A stretch of 64,000 bases of DNA from Spirochaetota bacterium (GCA_965208615.1 CBDBPB010000004.1:160001-224000), one strand, 5' to 3'. Shown: positions 10,656 through 20,865, counted from the stretch's first letter. Numbers and translations are program-made. The notes: generated from the sequence alone by a model not told the origin.

Positions 10656-11492
10656 TTAGTTTTTTTGTCCGTTTCTAATGGCACGTTTTCGTTGTTGCTC
10701 TTTTATCTCTTCTTCTTTATTTAACATTTGATTCCAGCTTTCAATGGTTTTCTTACTTGTTCCCACTTCTTCCTGACTACCCAAAAGAGAGTTAATTTTT
10801 CTAAGAGCTTCTTGGAAATTAATAGCCTGTTTAATATCCACAACTTCTTTAGTCCCCAACATATACTTTTCTCTAAATTTATGACTTATAGCTTGAAGGT
10901 CAATTTTAATCATATTAAGGAGTTCAACATTTTCTGCAAAATAAGCATCCGTAGGACTATTTATTGATAAACGTTTATAATCCAGCAAGTTTTTAAATAT
11001 AGTTACGTAGCGTCCGTACATATCAACAAAACTCCACTTATATTTGCTATTTTCTCCATAGCCGTCTTCAATCATTTTTAATATGATTTGAAGTTTTTTA
11101 ATTATATTCAATACACGCTTTGGATTTAGCTTATCCAAGGACTTAAGGATTTCTTGTTTTTCATGCAAGGGTTCATCCACAAAGTTTCCGAGAAACTTTT
11201 CAAACTCTATTAGAGCTTTAAAGTATGTTTTTCTGGCATCATTTAAAAAATCGTCATTTTTCTTTTTCATATATACTTCGGATGTTTTACTCATCTCACA
11301 TGATAACCTGCATATTTCAAGATGTTCATTACTTATGGCTATATGATAGTAGTTTTCAAAGCTATACGAATCTTCATTTATATCCTTTTCAAGCTTAGTT
11401 AGTCTTGCCATTCTATTAACTATTAGCCCTTTGATACGTTTTATTTCCTCTTGATATTTTAATTTGTCTTCTACGGATATCTTTTTAGCCAT
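10656..11492 (-). CDS. helical hypothetical protein
   Basis: 278-aa ORF with plausible RBS; KYKWSFVDM segment recalls a conserved spirochaete protein (recollection, not searched). Confidence 0.7.
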   Translation of the reverse strand: MAKKISVEDKLKYQEEIKRIKGLIVNRMARLTKLEKDINEDSYSFENYYHIAISNEHLEICRLSCEMSKTSEVYMKKKNDDFLNDARKTYFKALIEFEKFLGNFVDEPLHEKQEILKSLDKLNPKRVLNIIKKLQIILKMIEDGYGENSKYKWSFVDMYGRYVTIFKNLLDYKRLSINSPTDAYFAENVELLNMIKIDLQAISHKFREKYMLGTKEVVDIKQAINFQEALRKINSLLGSQEEVGTSKKTIESWNQMLNKEEEIKEQQRKRAIRNGQKN

Positions 11493-11641
11493 AAATATTT
11501 ACCTTAAGGTTATTTTATAGTTATTGTATTTTTAATAATTTGATTAAGCCATTATACCTCTAATTAATTTTGTGTTAATTAAGCTTTATCTTAATATTTA
11601 TCGATCATTTAATAATAAAAATAAATAAAATAAGAATTATA

Positions 11642-12362
11642 TATTAACAAGCGTTTTAGCAAATATAACAAAAAAGGTTTTATCGGGCGATTTTGTTAGT
11701 GAAGGTTTTAGGAAGTTATTTTTTTATTTGTTATTTACTCATAGAGGATTAGCTATACTTTTTGAGGCTTTACATATAAAGTCAATATGTGATATTTAAA
11801 TAATCTGCTCTAAGGCTTTATGGAACGGCAAATCCGTTATCACTTAATAAAGGTGTATAATTCTTAGTCTCAGTAAGGGATTCTTAATAGCTCTCGTAGT
11901 GATGACTACTTGCATAAAAAGTGATATTTTGTGTTCATTGCTGAAGTATTTAAGCAGTACTTAAAGAGCATAAAGGGATAACCTGCTTGAGACAAGAAAA
12001 TAGCTTTTCCGTAAATATCTTAACTTTCCTGTTCCATAAAGAAATCTAAAATCTATCTGCCTTTACGTTATATGTCTTCTTTTTGCCTTGTAGACTTTGT
12101 CATAAATCTATCATAAAATGATAACTGAATTATTAAATAATATCCCCTTAACCTTAATAAAAAAATAAATATACTTACTCGTCTGACTCAAAACCTAAGC
12201 CTACATGTTTATATTTATCCCCATTGTCAATAACCTATTTCACTGCCTTTTTACTTTCATCAGAACACTTTCTATAACTTCATAATCTCTATTTTACTAA
12301 GCTTTAAATAGATAAACTAACTAGAGTACTTTTGAGCTACACTACTAAAACAATTAGTAACA
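11642..12362 (-). mobile_element. dispersed non-coding repeat, copy A (MITE-like, 721 bp)
   Basis: Reverse-complement homologue of 40430-41354 and 22517-23108; imperfect inverted ends 11642-11659 and 12345-12362 (13/18); no ORF >=60 aa. The repeat is directly visible; mobility is inferred. Confidence 0.65.
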
Positions 12363-13203
12363 CCTAAACCTACATGTTTATATCTATCCCCATTGTCAAA
12401 AACCTATTTCATAACCTTTTTACCTTCATCAGAACACTTTCTATAACTTCATAATCTCTATTTTACTAAGCTTTAAATAGATAAACTAACTAGAGTACTT
12501 TTGAGCTACACTACTAAAACAATTAGTAACACCTAAACCTACATGCTTATATCTATCCCCATTGTCAAAAACCTATTTCATAACCTTTTTACCTTCATCA
12601 GAACACTTTCTATAACTTCATAATCTCTATTTTTTAAGCTTTAAATAGATAAACTAACTAGAGTACTTTTGAGCTACACTACTAAAACAATTAGTAACAC
12701 CTAAACCTACATGCTTATATCTATCCCCATTGTCAATAACCTATTTCACTGCCTTTTTACCTTCATCAGAACACTTTCTATAACTTCATAATCTCTATTT
12801 TACTAAGCTTTAAATAGATAAACTAACTAGAGTACTTTTGAGCTACACTACTAAAACAATTAGTAACACCTAAACCTACATGCTTATATCTATCCCCATT
12901 GTCAAAAACCTATTTCATAACCTTTTTACCTTCATCAGAACACTTTCTATAACTTCATAATCTCTATTTTACTAAGCTTTAAATAGATAAACTAACTAGA
13001 GTACTTTTGAGCTACACTACTAAAACAATTAGTAACACCTAAACCTACATGCTTATATCTATCCCCATTGTCAATAACCTATTTCATAACCTTTTTACCT
13101 TCATCAGAACACTTTCTATAACTTCATAATCTCTATTTTACTAAGCTTTAAATAGATAAATTAGCTAGAATACTTTAGTAACACTATCCTAAAACATCGT
13201 AGT
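12194..13203. repeat. tandem array of about six 169-bp units (the left end of the element)
   Basis: CTACATG anchor at 12201, 12370, 12539, 12707, 12876, 13045 (periods 169,169,168,169,169); last unit degenerates after ~13160. Confidence 0.97.
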
Positions 13204-13275
13204 CGTTAATTATATTAAGTTTGAGTCGATTATATCGATAATATACCCTAATTCTATAAACTGGTGGTATAATTT

Positions 13276-14784
13276 ATGAGACTAGGTATAGCTGTAATAT
13301 CTACGCTGAATACAAAATGGGCAAAAACTAATATAGTTGATAATATGTCCTCTGTTGACTACGTTAAAAACCTTGTTGATAATATATATGCAGAAAGGGT
13401 ATGGCATTTTATAAATGAAGATGAACTTGATAAGCCATTTTATGAGTCTATATTTAATAGCTATTCTATGGTAAAAAAGGATGTATATTCATTTTTAACA
13501 AAGTGTATAGAGGTGTTTAACAAACAGGATACAATACTAATTATATATACAGATTCCCCCTTAAACAGTATAGACCTTATAAAACACCTATTAGACCTAC
13601 ACCAAAAAGAAATGACCGAATATACTTTTACAGAAAACTATCCCAATGGAATTGGTGCTGAGGTTATATCCTATGCTACTTTGGAAAAACTTAAAAATAT
13701 ATCATCGGGGAATAATAGTACATTTACTAAAAACTCCATATCAAAGCTAATAAACCTTGATATTAACCACTACGATGTTGATGTATTAATATCCCAAAAG
13801 GATGTTAGAAAAGAACGTCTTAGTCTAACTTGTGATAGTTACTTAAATTATATGGTTGTTAAGGGTTTTATTGACAAGCTCTACGAATTAGGTTATGATA
13901 TATCTACTGATAATATATACTCTATAATTGATGACTATCCACAGCTTATGAGGACTATACCTGCATACGTTGAGATTGAGATTACTAATGACTGTAACTC
14001 CAGCTGTGATATTTGTCCAAGAACTAATATAATGGATAGGCCTATACGCAATATGACTTTGGATGAGTATAAGCAAATAGTTAATGGTCTTAAGGATATG
14101 TGTGATGAGCTTACTATTGCATTAACCCTTATGGGTGAGCCTACTCTACACCCTAACATAGTGGATATTATAGACTTTAGCTTATCTATAAAGGGTATAA
14201 CTCTTATATTAGAGACTAACGGCTTATTATTAGATAATGTTATGGTAGATAATATTATGAAGCTTAAAACTGATAATCTTATAATTATAGTTGCTTTGGA
14301 TAGCCCTAATGCAGAGTTATACAAAGAAATTAGGGGTATTGACGGCTTTAAGACAGTAGAGGATAATATATCATATATTTTAAATAAGTTTGCTAAAAAC
14401 ACTTATCTTCAAATAATAAGGCTAAGGGATAATAATGACCTTTTAGACCTCTACTACAAAAGGTGGAACCAATATAAAGATCATATTATTATGCAAAAGT
14501 ATAACTCCTATAGAAATGATCTATCAGACCTAAAGGCTGTAGACTTATCCCCCCTTAGACGATTCTCATGCTGGCACCTAAAACGGGATATGCTAATATT
14601 AAGTAATGGTACTGTGCCTTTTTGTAAGCAGGATATTAATGGTATTAAGGCTGTGGGTAACGCTTTTGAAGAAGGTGTTAAGGTTTTATGGCAAAACTTA
14701 GAAAAGGCTTTTATAGACGATCACAACGACAATATAAATGACTTTTGCAAAAACTGTGATGAGTGGTTTACATATAATTTTTAG
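13276..14784 (+). CDS. radical SAM/SPASM protein with N-terminal cytidylyltransferase-like domain (spiro-SPASM type)
   Basis: CNSSCDIC, GEPTLHP, ETNG; C-terminal CWHL..FCKQD..CKNCDEW; N-terminal NTP-transferase-like region (ENYPNGIGAEV, RLSLTCD). Confidence 0.85.
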   Translation: MRLGIAVISTLNTKWAKTNIVDNMSSVDYVKNLVDNIYAERVWHFINEDELDKPFYESIFNSYSMVKKDVYSFLTKCIEVFNKQDTILIIYTDSPLNSIDLIKHLLDLHQKEMTEYTFTENYPNGIGAEVISYATLEKLKNISSGNNSTFTKNSISKLINLDINHYDVDVLISQKDVRKERLSLTCDSYLNYMVVKGFIDKLYELGYDISTDNIYSIIDDYPQLMRTIPAYVEIEITNDCNSSCDICPRTNIMDRPIRNMTLDEYKQIVNGLKDMCDELTIALTLMGEPTLHPNIVDIIDFSLSIKGITLILETNGLLLDNVMVDNIMKLKTDNLIIIVALDSPNAELYKEIRGIDGFKTVEDNISYILNKFAKNTYLQIIRLRDNNDLLDLYYKRWNQYKDHIIMQKYNSYRNDLSDLKAVDLSPLRRFSCWHLKRDMLILSNGTVPFCKQDINGIKAVGNAFEEGVKVLWQNLEKAFIDDHNDNINDFCKNCDEWFTYNF

Positions 14785-14808
14785 TTTAACCTAAAACTAA
14801 TATATATT

Positions 14809-14837
14809 TTGACTTTACTATTATTATTTGTTAGTTT
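14809..14837 (+). promoter_or_regulatory. putative promoter of ferritin gene
   Basis: TTGACT-17 bp-TAGTTT with TG extended -10. Confidence 0.4.
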
Positions 14838-14884
14838 TACTTAAAATTATTAATACTTTTATAAATTAAGATAAGGGGAATATA

Positions 14885-15388
14885 TTGATATCAAGTAAAT
14901 TAGCTAAAGAGTTAAACATACAACTAAAAAATGAATATTACTCAGCATACTTTTATATGGGTATAGCTTCATATTTTGCCTCTATAAACCTAGACGGATT
15001 TGAAAAGTTTATGCTTACTCAAACAGAAGAAGAACAATTTCACTGTATGAAGTTCTATAACTATCTTAAGATGAGGGGTATAAAAATTGAGCTTTATAGT
15101 TTGGATCAGCCAAAGTTTGAATTTGACTCCCCAAAGGATGCCTTTAAAGCTGCCTTAGATCATGAAAAGGCGGTATCTGGGTCTATATATAAGCTTATGG
15201 ACATTGCAACTACAGAAAAAGAATATGCTACTGTTAGCTTTTTAAAATGGTTTATGGATGAACAAGTCGAAGAAGAAAGTGTTTTTGAGTCATGGCTATC
15301 TAAACTAAATCAGGTTGGTAATGATGGTGCGGGTTTATTAATGCTAAGCAAAGAGGCTGGAGAGCGTACTTTCACTCCTGATCAATAA
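14885..15388 (+). CDS. ftnA: non-haem ferritin
   Basis: E..SAYFY, EEQFH, HEK, FLKWFMDEQVEEE ferroxidase motifs; TTG start with AAGGGG RBS. Confidence 0.93.
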   Translation: MISSKLAKELNIQLKNEYYSAYFYMGIASYFASINLDGFEKFMLTQTEEEQFHCMKFYNYLKMRGIKIELYSLDQPKFEFDSPKDAFKAALDHEKAVSGSIYKLMDIATTEKEYATVSFLKWFMDEQVEEESVFESWLSKLNQVGNDGAGLLMLSKEAGERTFTPDQ

Positions 15389-15441
15389 ACACTTATTACT
15401 ACTACTTTGTATTTTAATATAAAAATTATAATGGAGGGCTT

Positions 15442-16245
15442 GTGAAAAAATTATTGCTACTATTTAGTATATTTTTAATAATTGCTTGTACTAGTCAAAA
15501 TGTTATACCAAACTCTAGTGAGGTTCTAAATAAAGGGGGTAAAATTGATATAGTATCGTTTTATAAGGATAATCCAAAGTATATTGTTTATTATGATCTA
15601 AAAATGAGAGCTTTTTATGTAAACCTTATAAAGGCTGATAAAAAAAACTCTGATAAAAAAGGGAGTATAAATAAGCCTAAAAACTCTCAAAGCCTATCCC
15701 AACTTGGGGGTAGACCTATAAGTATAAAAAAAGGTTCTAGTAAGGTTGAGTATAAGGATGAGTATACTATAAAGGCTAGGAGTATGCTTGAGAGGTTTAA
15801 TATTAACAATTATTTAATGAAGCATTTTATACTTAAGTTTAAGCAGAGGGAGTCTAATATTACTCTAGGTTTTAATTTGGATGCCTCTAAGAGAGTTGCT
15901 CCTTTTGTGAAACATAGTTCTATCAGCTCCGACAGGGATTTTGCTAATATTAAGGATTCTTTAAATTCCAACTTGGTATTAGAACTTCGTATCCTAAAAC
16001 TTCTTATAGAGGAGGATGAGCAAAGGTTTTTATCTACGTGGAATATTACAATGGTTGCAAAGGGCATTCTTTATAACTTAGATACTAATACAAGGCTTTG
16101 GGAGTCTAGTCCTATAGAGTATCAACTTGAAACGCCTACTTTTTCAAGCTTTAAGGAGTCGAGGAAAAAAAGCTTGCAGGAAAACTTTGAAGATTTATCA
16201 GAAAAGATTGCAGATAAGTTAGTTGATGCCTTTTTTGATAAATAG
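15442..16245 (+). CDS. hypothetical lipoprotein
   Basis: MKKLLLLFSIFLIIAC lipobox-like; GGAGG RBS. Confidence 0.75.
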   Translation: MKKLLLLFSIFLIIACTSQNVIPNSSEVLNKGGKIDIVSFYKDNPKYIVYYDLKMRAFYVNLIKADKKNSDKKGSINKPKNSQSLSQLGGRPISIKKGSSKVEYKDEYTIKARSMLERFNINNYLMKHFILKFKQRESNITLGFNLDASKRVAPFVKHSSISSDRDFANIKDSLNSNLVLELRILKLLIEEDEQRFLSTWNITMVAKGILYNLDTNTRLWESSPIEYQLETPTFSSFKESRKKSLQENFEDLSEKIADKLVDAFFDK

Positions 16246-16250
16246 TTATT

Positions 16251-17144
16251 TTATTTGGATAACTCTTCTTTTAAGCTATTAATGGTTTTATTCTGTTTAA
16301 TTTTAAGTATTATCATATAGATATTTAATATAGTGGCTTCAAATATAAGAAATAGGTCTATTCGGTTAAATGCTGCAAATATCATAATATATGTAACATG
16401 ATTTGTAGACCCTATAAAAGACCACAGTCTTAGTAGACCACTATTTTTTGCTTTATATAGCTGGCTAAAGTTTTCTGATATTTCATACTTATCACTTAGA
16501 TTATTTTTTTTATTGAGTTTTTGTTGAACAGCTGTATAGGCCAAATATATCCTCAATAAAAGCTGATTAAACCACTTATTATTTTCAATAGAGTTAAGTT
16601 CATTTTTAATTAATTCTATTGTAGTACTCTCACTTTCATAGCTTTTCGTTGTATACTTTATATATTCATTACGATAGTAGTCAAAGAATACTGTTTGAAA
16701 GTAGTGTCCAAGTGATGCCGCTATTGCTATTATCAATATTATTAAGCCGTAGTTTTCTAGTCCTTCTATCATTAGTATAGGTTCACTATAGAATTTTAGT
16801 ACAGAGGCAAGATAAATACTAGTAAAAACTAAATAGTCAGAAAGTCCATCTAGTATTCTACCTGCCATTGACCCTCCTGATGGTCTGGTTCTGGCAAGCT
16901 GTCCATCACTACAGTCAAATATATTGGATAGCATTAATAAAAATATACCAGTTATTATATAAGCGTATTCTGAAAAGTATAAAAACCCACCGGATGCTAT
17001 ACCTAATAACAAGGATATAATGGTTAGATGATTTGGCGTTATTGATGTATTAACAACTCCTTTTACTATAAGCCATGCCGCTGGTCTATAAAAGAAGTAA
17101 TCTAGGTGTTCTTCTGTATCATAGGGTTTAAAACTGTGCTTCAT
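16251..17144 (-). CDS. CDP-alcohol phosphatidyltransferase family protein
   Basis: TPNHLT and DCSDGQLAR...GRILDGLSD signature. Confidence 0.9.
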   Translation of the reverse strand: MKHSFKPYDTEEHLDYFFYRPAAWLIVKGVVNTSITPNHLTIISLLLGIASGGFLYFSEYAYIITGIFLLMLSNIFDCSDGQLARTRPSGGSMAGRILDGLSDYLVFTSIYLASVLKFYSEPILMIEGLENYGLIILIIAIAASLGHYFQTVFFDYYRNEYIKYTTKSYESESTTIELIKNELNSIENNKWFNQLLLRIYLAYTAVQQKLNKKNNLSDKYEISENFSQLYKAKNSGLLRLWSFIGSTNHVTYIMIFAAFNRIDLFLIFEATILNIYMIILKIKQNKTINSLKEELSK

Positions 17145-17149
17145 TTATT

Positions 17150-18217
17150 TTAGTAAGTAGGCATTTTTTTAAGGGTTAATTTATTCACAATACTCAGAAC
17201 AGTCTGATTATGTATTTCTGTTCCCAGCGATATTCTTGCATAGCCAATAAAAGACGGTTCAGTAAAGAATTTAATTATTATACCTTCTTTTTTTAGTTCA
17301 CTGTCCAAAGGCTTTTGTATTTTATTTGGTATTTTAACCAGTATAAAGTTTGAGCTAGACTTATATGCAGTTATACCATCTATTTTATTTAGTTCATGGA
17401 ATAGCATTTCTCTATCTTTAATAATAGACTTAACCACTTGACCATAATATCCGTTAGAGTTAAGGGCAGCTACTGCAAGACGTTCAGATATTCTATTAAA
17501 GCCTAAAATCTTATTATAAAACTTCATTCTATCCCTTACTTCAGCCTTAGAAAAAGCGTATCCAATACGCACTCCAGCAAGGGCATAGTATTTTGAGAAA
17601 GAACGTACTACAATTAAGTTACTATATTTTTCTAATAGTTCTATAATTTTATTAGTTGTATCCTCATTAGTGAATCCCCAATAAGTCTCATCAAGACAAA
17701 CTATTCCATCTTTATGTACTTTTAAGAGTTCCTCTAGTTCATTTAGGTCTACGTAATTACCAGTTGGATTATTGGGAGCACAAACTAATATTAATTTTGA
17801 ATTATATTTTTTTTTATATTCCAGTATAGTTTTAATATTGGTTATAAACTCTGTTCCTTTTTGATCAAGGGGATAGTTAATTGGATTAGCATTTCTTTGT
17901 TCCACAAGGGTATTATAGTACCACCATGACTTAGCAGGTAGAAGTACATTATCTCCCTGGGATATATATAGAGTGAAAAGTGTTTTTATAATATCTTCAG
18001 CTCCATAGCCTAAGATTATATCCTCAACGGATATATTAAATCTTTTAGCTATTTCTTGTTCTATAACCCCGATACTACTGCGAGAGTAATAAATAAAGTC
18101 ATCAATTGATATATTTTTTACTACATCATAACAATCTGGTGCTGGACCGTATAGATTTTCATTTTTATTTAGTTGTATCATATTTTGACCAGTTTTTTTC
18201 ATTAAGTTAGTCTCCAT
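17150..18217 (-). CDS. PLP-dependent class I/II aminotransferase or decarboxylase (HisC/CobD-like)
   Basis: NENLYG, PNNPTG, DETY, RSFSKYYALAGVRIGY. Confidence 0.85.
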   Translation of the reverse strand: METNLMKKTGQNMIQLNKNENLYGPAPDCYDVVKNISIDDFIYYSRSSIGVIEQEIAKRFNISVEDIILGYGAEDIIKTLFTLYISQGDNVLLPAKSWWYYNTLVEQRNANPINYPLDQKGTEFITNIKTILEYKKKYNSKLILVCAPNNPTGNYVDLNELEELLKVHKDGIVCLDETYWGFTNEDTTNKIIELLEKYSNLIVVRSFSKYYALAGVRIGYAFSKAEVRDRMKFYNKILGFNRISERLAVAALNSNGYYGQVVKSIIKDREMLFHELNKIDGITAYKSSSNFILVKIPNKIQKPLDSELKKEGIIIKFFTEPSFIGYARISLGTEIHNQTVLSIVNKLTLKKMPTY

Positions 18218-18435
18218 ATTATAAATCTATATTTATTTTCTAAAATACAAAATAGTTATCATGCTAGCTTAAAAGAAGGCTAAAGTTTATAATAAGTATT
18301 TATATAAATAATACAAAACTTTTAAAAGTCAATTTACTATTTTTTGCTTATTTTTTTATACTATAAAGCTTCGTTTAAAAAACAATAATAACAATACTCT
18401 AGTTTATAGTTATTGTATAATTCCTGTTAAACCCT

Positions 18436-19545
18436 ATGACTAATACTAAAGAAGAAAACCCAGACTACTTATCAAAGCAGATTATTACTTATATAGGCAG
18501 TAAAAGGGCATTACTACCCTTCATTGGAAAGGGGATTAATATTATATTAAAAAGGCTTAACAAAAAAAAGCTAAAAATGTTTGATTGTTTTTCTGGCTCT
18601 GGCATTGTAGCAAGATATTGTAAGCAGTTTTCTGAGAAAATTATAGTTAATGACATTGAAAAATACTCTGAGATAATTAATAAGTGTTACCTAACTAACA
18701 ACTCATCCTTGGATATAAAAAGCCTTAGAGACTTATATAATACAATTAGGCATAAACTTAAAGAGTTCCCTCTTGAAAAGGGTATAATATCTGAGTTTTA
18801 TGCTCCAAAAGACGATAAACATATTGAATATGGAGAAAGAGTATTTTATACCACAAGGAATGCTGGATATATTGACTCAGTAATAAAATATATTAATGAC
18901 GTCCCAAAGGATATAAGGCATTTATTTATAGCCCCTTTGCTATCAGAGGCCTCTATACATGTAAATACTGCTGGTACATTTAAAGGGTTTTATAAAAACT
19001 CTTATGGCATTGGACAGTTTGGTGGGAGCAATGGTGATGCATTATTCAGGATTAAAGGCAATATAGACTTACCATTTCCTATTTTTAGTAATTTTGATTG
19101 TGAGTTTAAAATATATAACGGACCTGCTAATGACATAGTAAAAATAGCTGAAGAGACAGATGTAGCATATATTGATCCTCCTTACAACCAGCATCCTTAT
19201 GGTTCTAACTATTTTATGTTAAATATATTATGCGATTATAAAAACCCTAATAAAATTAGCAGGGTATCCGGAATACCCTCAAATTGGAATAGATCACCAT
19301 ATAACAAAAAACCTGATTATTATAAGGCTTTTTCTAATTTGTTATTTGACATAAAGGCAAAATATTTATTAATATCTTTTAGCTCAGAAGGCTTTATTGA
19401 AGCTGAATCTATGTTAAGTCTTCTAAAAAAGATAGGCAGGGTTAAGGTTTTAGAGAAAAAGTATAATACTTTTAGAGCTAGTAGAAATCTTAAGAATAGA
19501 CCCACACACATAAAAGAGTACCTTTATATACTGGAAAAGGCTTAA
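18436..19545 (+). CDS. orphan adenine-specific DNA methyltransferase (D12/Dam-like class)
   Basis: YIGSKR, DCFSGSG (motif I), YIDPPY (motif IV). Confidence 0.9.
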   Translation: MTNTKEENPDYLSKQIITYIGSKRALLPFIGKGINIILKRLNKKKLKMFDCFSGSGIVARYCKQFSEKIIVNDIEKYSEIINKCYLTNNSSLDIKSLRDLYNTIRHKLKEFPLEKGIISEFYAPKDDKHIEYGERVFYTTRNAGYIDSVIKYINDVPKDIRHLFIAPLLSEASIHVNTAGTFKGFYKNSYGIGQFGGSNGDALFRIKGNIDLPFPIFSNFDCEFKIYNGPANDIVKIAEETDVAYIDPPYNQHPYGSNYFMLNILCDYKNPNKISRVSGIPSNWNRSPYNKKPDYYKAFSNLLFDIKAKYLLISFSSEGFIEAESMLSLLKKIGRVKVLEKKYNTFRASRNLKNRPTHIKEYLYILEKA

Positions 19546-19548
19546 ATC

Positions 19549-20865
19549 TTATCTATGCTTTTTAGTATAAATTAATATTGGCACTCCACTAAAACTAAAT
19601 TCCTGTCTTATTTGGTTAATTAAATAATCTTTATAGTTTTTAGTAAACAAGTCTTTTCTATTTATAAACAGCAGAAACTTAGGAGGTGAACTAGTTATTT
19701 GAGTACCATAATATATTTTTAACCTACCACGTTTAGTTGAGGGTATATATTTATGTTGAGCTTTTTCCAATAAGCTATTCAGTTCACTAGTACTTATACG
19801 ACGGCTAGCCTCATTATATATATTAATAGTTTTATCTAGGAGTTTATTAATATTAGCACCAGTTTTTGCGGATATATTAATTACCGGTATGAACTTAGAT
19901 ATAGCAAAGCGGAATCTTAAATAATCTACATATTTGGGAAAGCTGGCATTTTTATCTAAAACATCCCATTTATTTACTGCAATAATAAGGGTCTTACCTC
20001 TATTTACTGCTACTGCTATTATTTTTTTATCTTGTTCAGTTATGTTATCACAGGAGTCTATAAGATGAATGGCAATATCACTTTTTTCAATACTCTTAAT
20101 AGCCCTATTCACGCTGTAGTATTCTATACTATCTATAACCTTAGTTTTTTTTCTTATACCTGCAGTATCAATAAAGTTAATGTTATAGTTTTTATACTTT
20201 ACGACAACAGATATAGAATCCCTTGTAGTACCTGGTATATCAGATACAAGACTTCTTTCCCAGCCAATAATTTTATTAATAAGAGTGGACTTTCCTACAT
20301 TAGGCTTACCTACAATAGCTATATTAACTAATTGTTTATTTTCATTTATATTATTTACCATTGGTATTTTTAGGATTATATTATCCATTAGCGCATCAAA
20401 GTTAGTACCATGGCTTGCAGATATAGGTATAGGCTTACCTATATTAAGTTTATAAGCCTCCACACTGTTATATTCAAGGTTTATGTTATCGCATTTATTA
20501 ACTAGTAATATTAATTTTTCAACATATTTTCTAAGTATATCGCCAATTATATAGTCATCCTTAGTTAGTTGAGATTCCACAACTAAAAGGATTAGGTCAG
20601 CTTCTTCAATGGCAATCTCAGTTTGTATTCTCACGATATTGGAAAAGTCATCCTCATTAATATCCTCAGTTATACCCCCTGTATCAATTATAGTAAAGTT
20701 ATAATTATTATAGTTAACATTATGGTAATGACGATTTCTGGTAACTCCAGGAGTTGGGTTTATAATAGATTCTCGTTTTCCAATTATTCTATTATAAATA
20801 GAGGATTTTCCTACATTTGGTCTTCCTACAATTGCGATTTTTGGTATACTGTTTAGTTTTTTCAA
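19549..20865 (-). CDS. der: ribosome biogenesis GTPase Der
   Basis: Two G-domains (GRPNVGKS/DTGG/NKCD; GKPNVGKS/DTAG/NKWD) plus KH-like C-terminus. Confidence 0.97.
   Translation of the reverse strand: MKKLNSIPKIAIVGRPNVGKSSIYNRIIGKRESIINPTPGVTRNRHYHNVNYNNYNFTIIDTGGITEDINEDDFSNIVRIQTEIAIEEADLILLVVESQLTKDDYIIGDILRKYVEKLILLVNKCDNINLEYNSVEAYKLNIGKPIPISASHGTNFDALMDNIILKIPMVNNINENKQLVNIAIVGKPNVGKSTLINKIIGWERSLVSDIPGTTRDSISVVVKYKNYNINFIDTAGIRKKTKVIDSIEYYSVNRAIKSIEKSDIAIHLIDSCDNITEQDKKIIAVAVNRGKTLIIAVNKWDVLDKNASFPKYVDYLRFRFAISKFIPVINISAKTGANINKLLDKTINIYNEASRRISTSELNSLLEKAQHKYIPSTKRGRLKIYYGTQITSSPPKFLLFINRKDLFTKNYKDYLINQIRQEFSFSGVPILIYTKKHR

Noticed and set aside
12194-13203. CRISPR array
   Set aside because: Units are 169 bp and near-identical throughout, with no unique spacers and no cas genes in the window
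17150-18217. Naming this gene hisC
   Set aside because: The fold fits, but its context is a lipid transferase with no his genes; substrate uncertain
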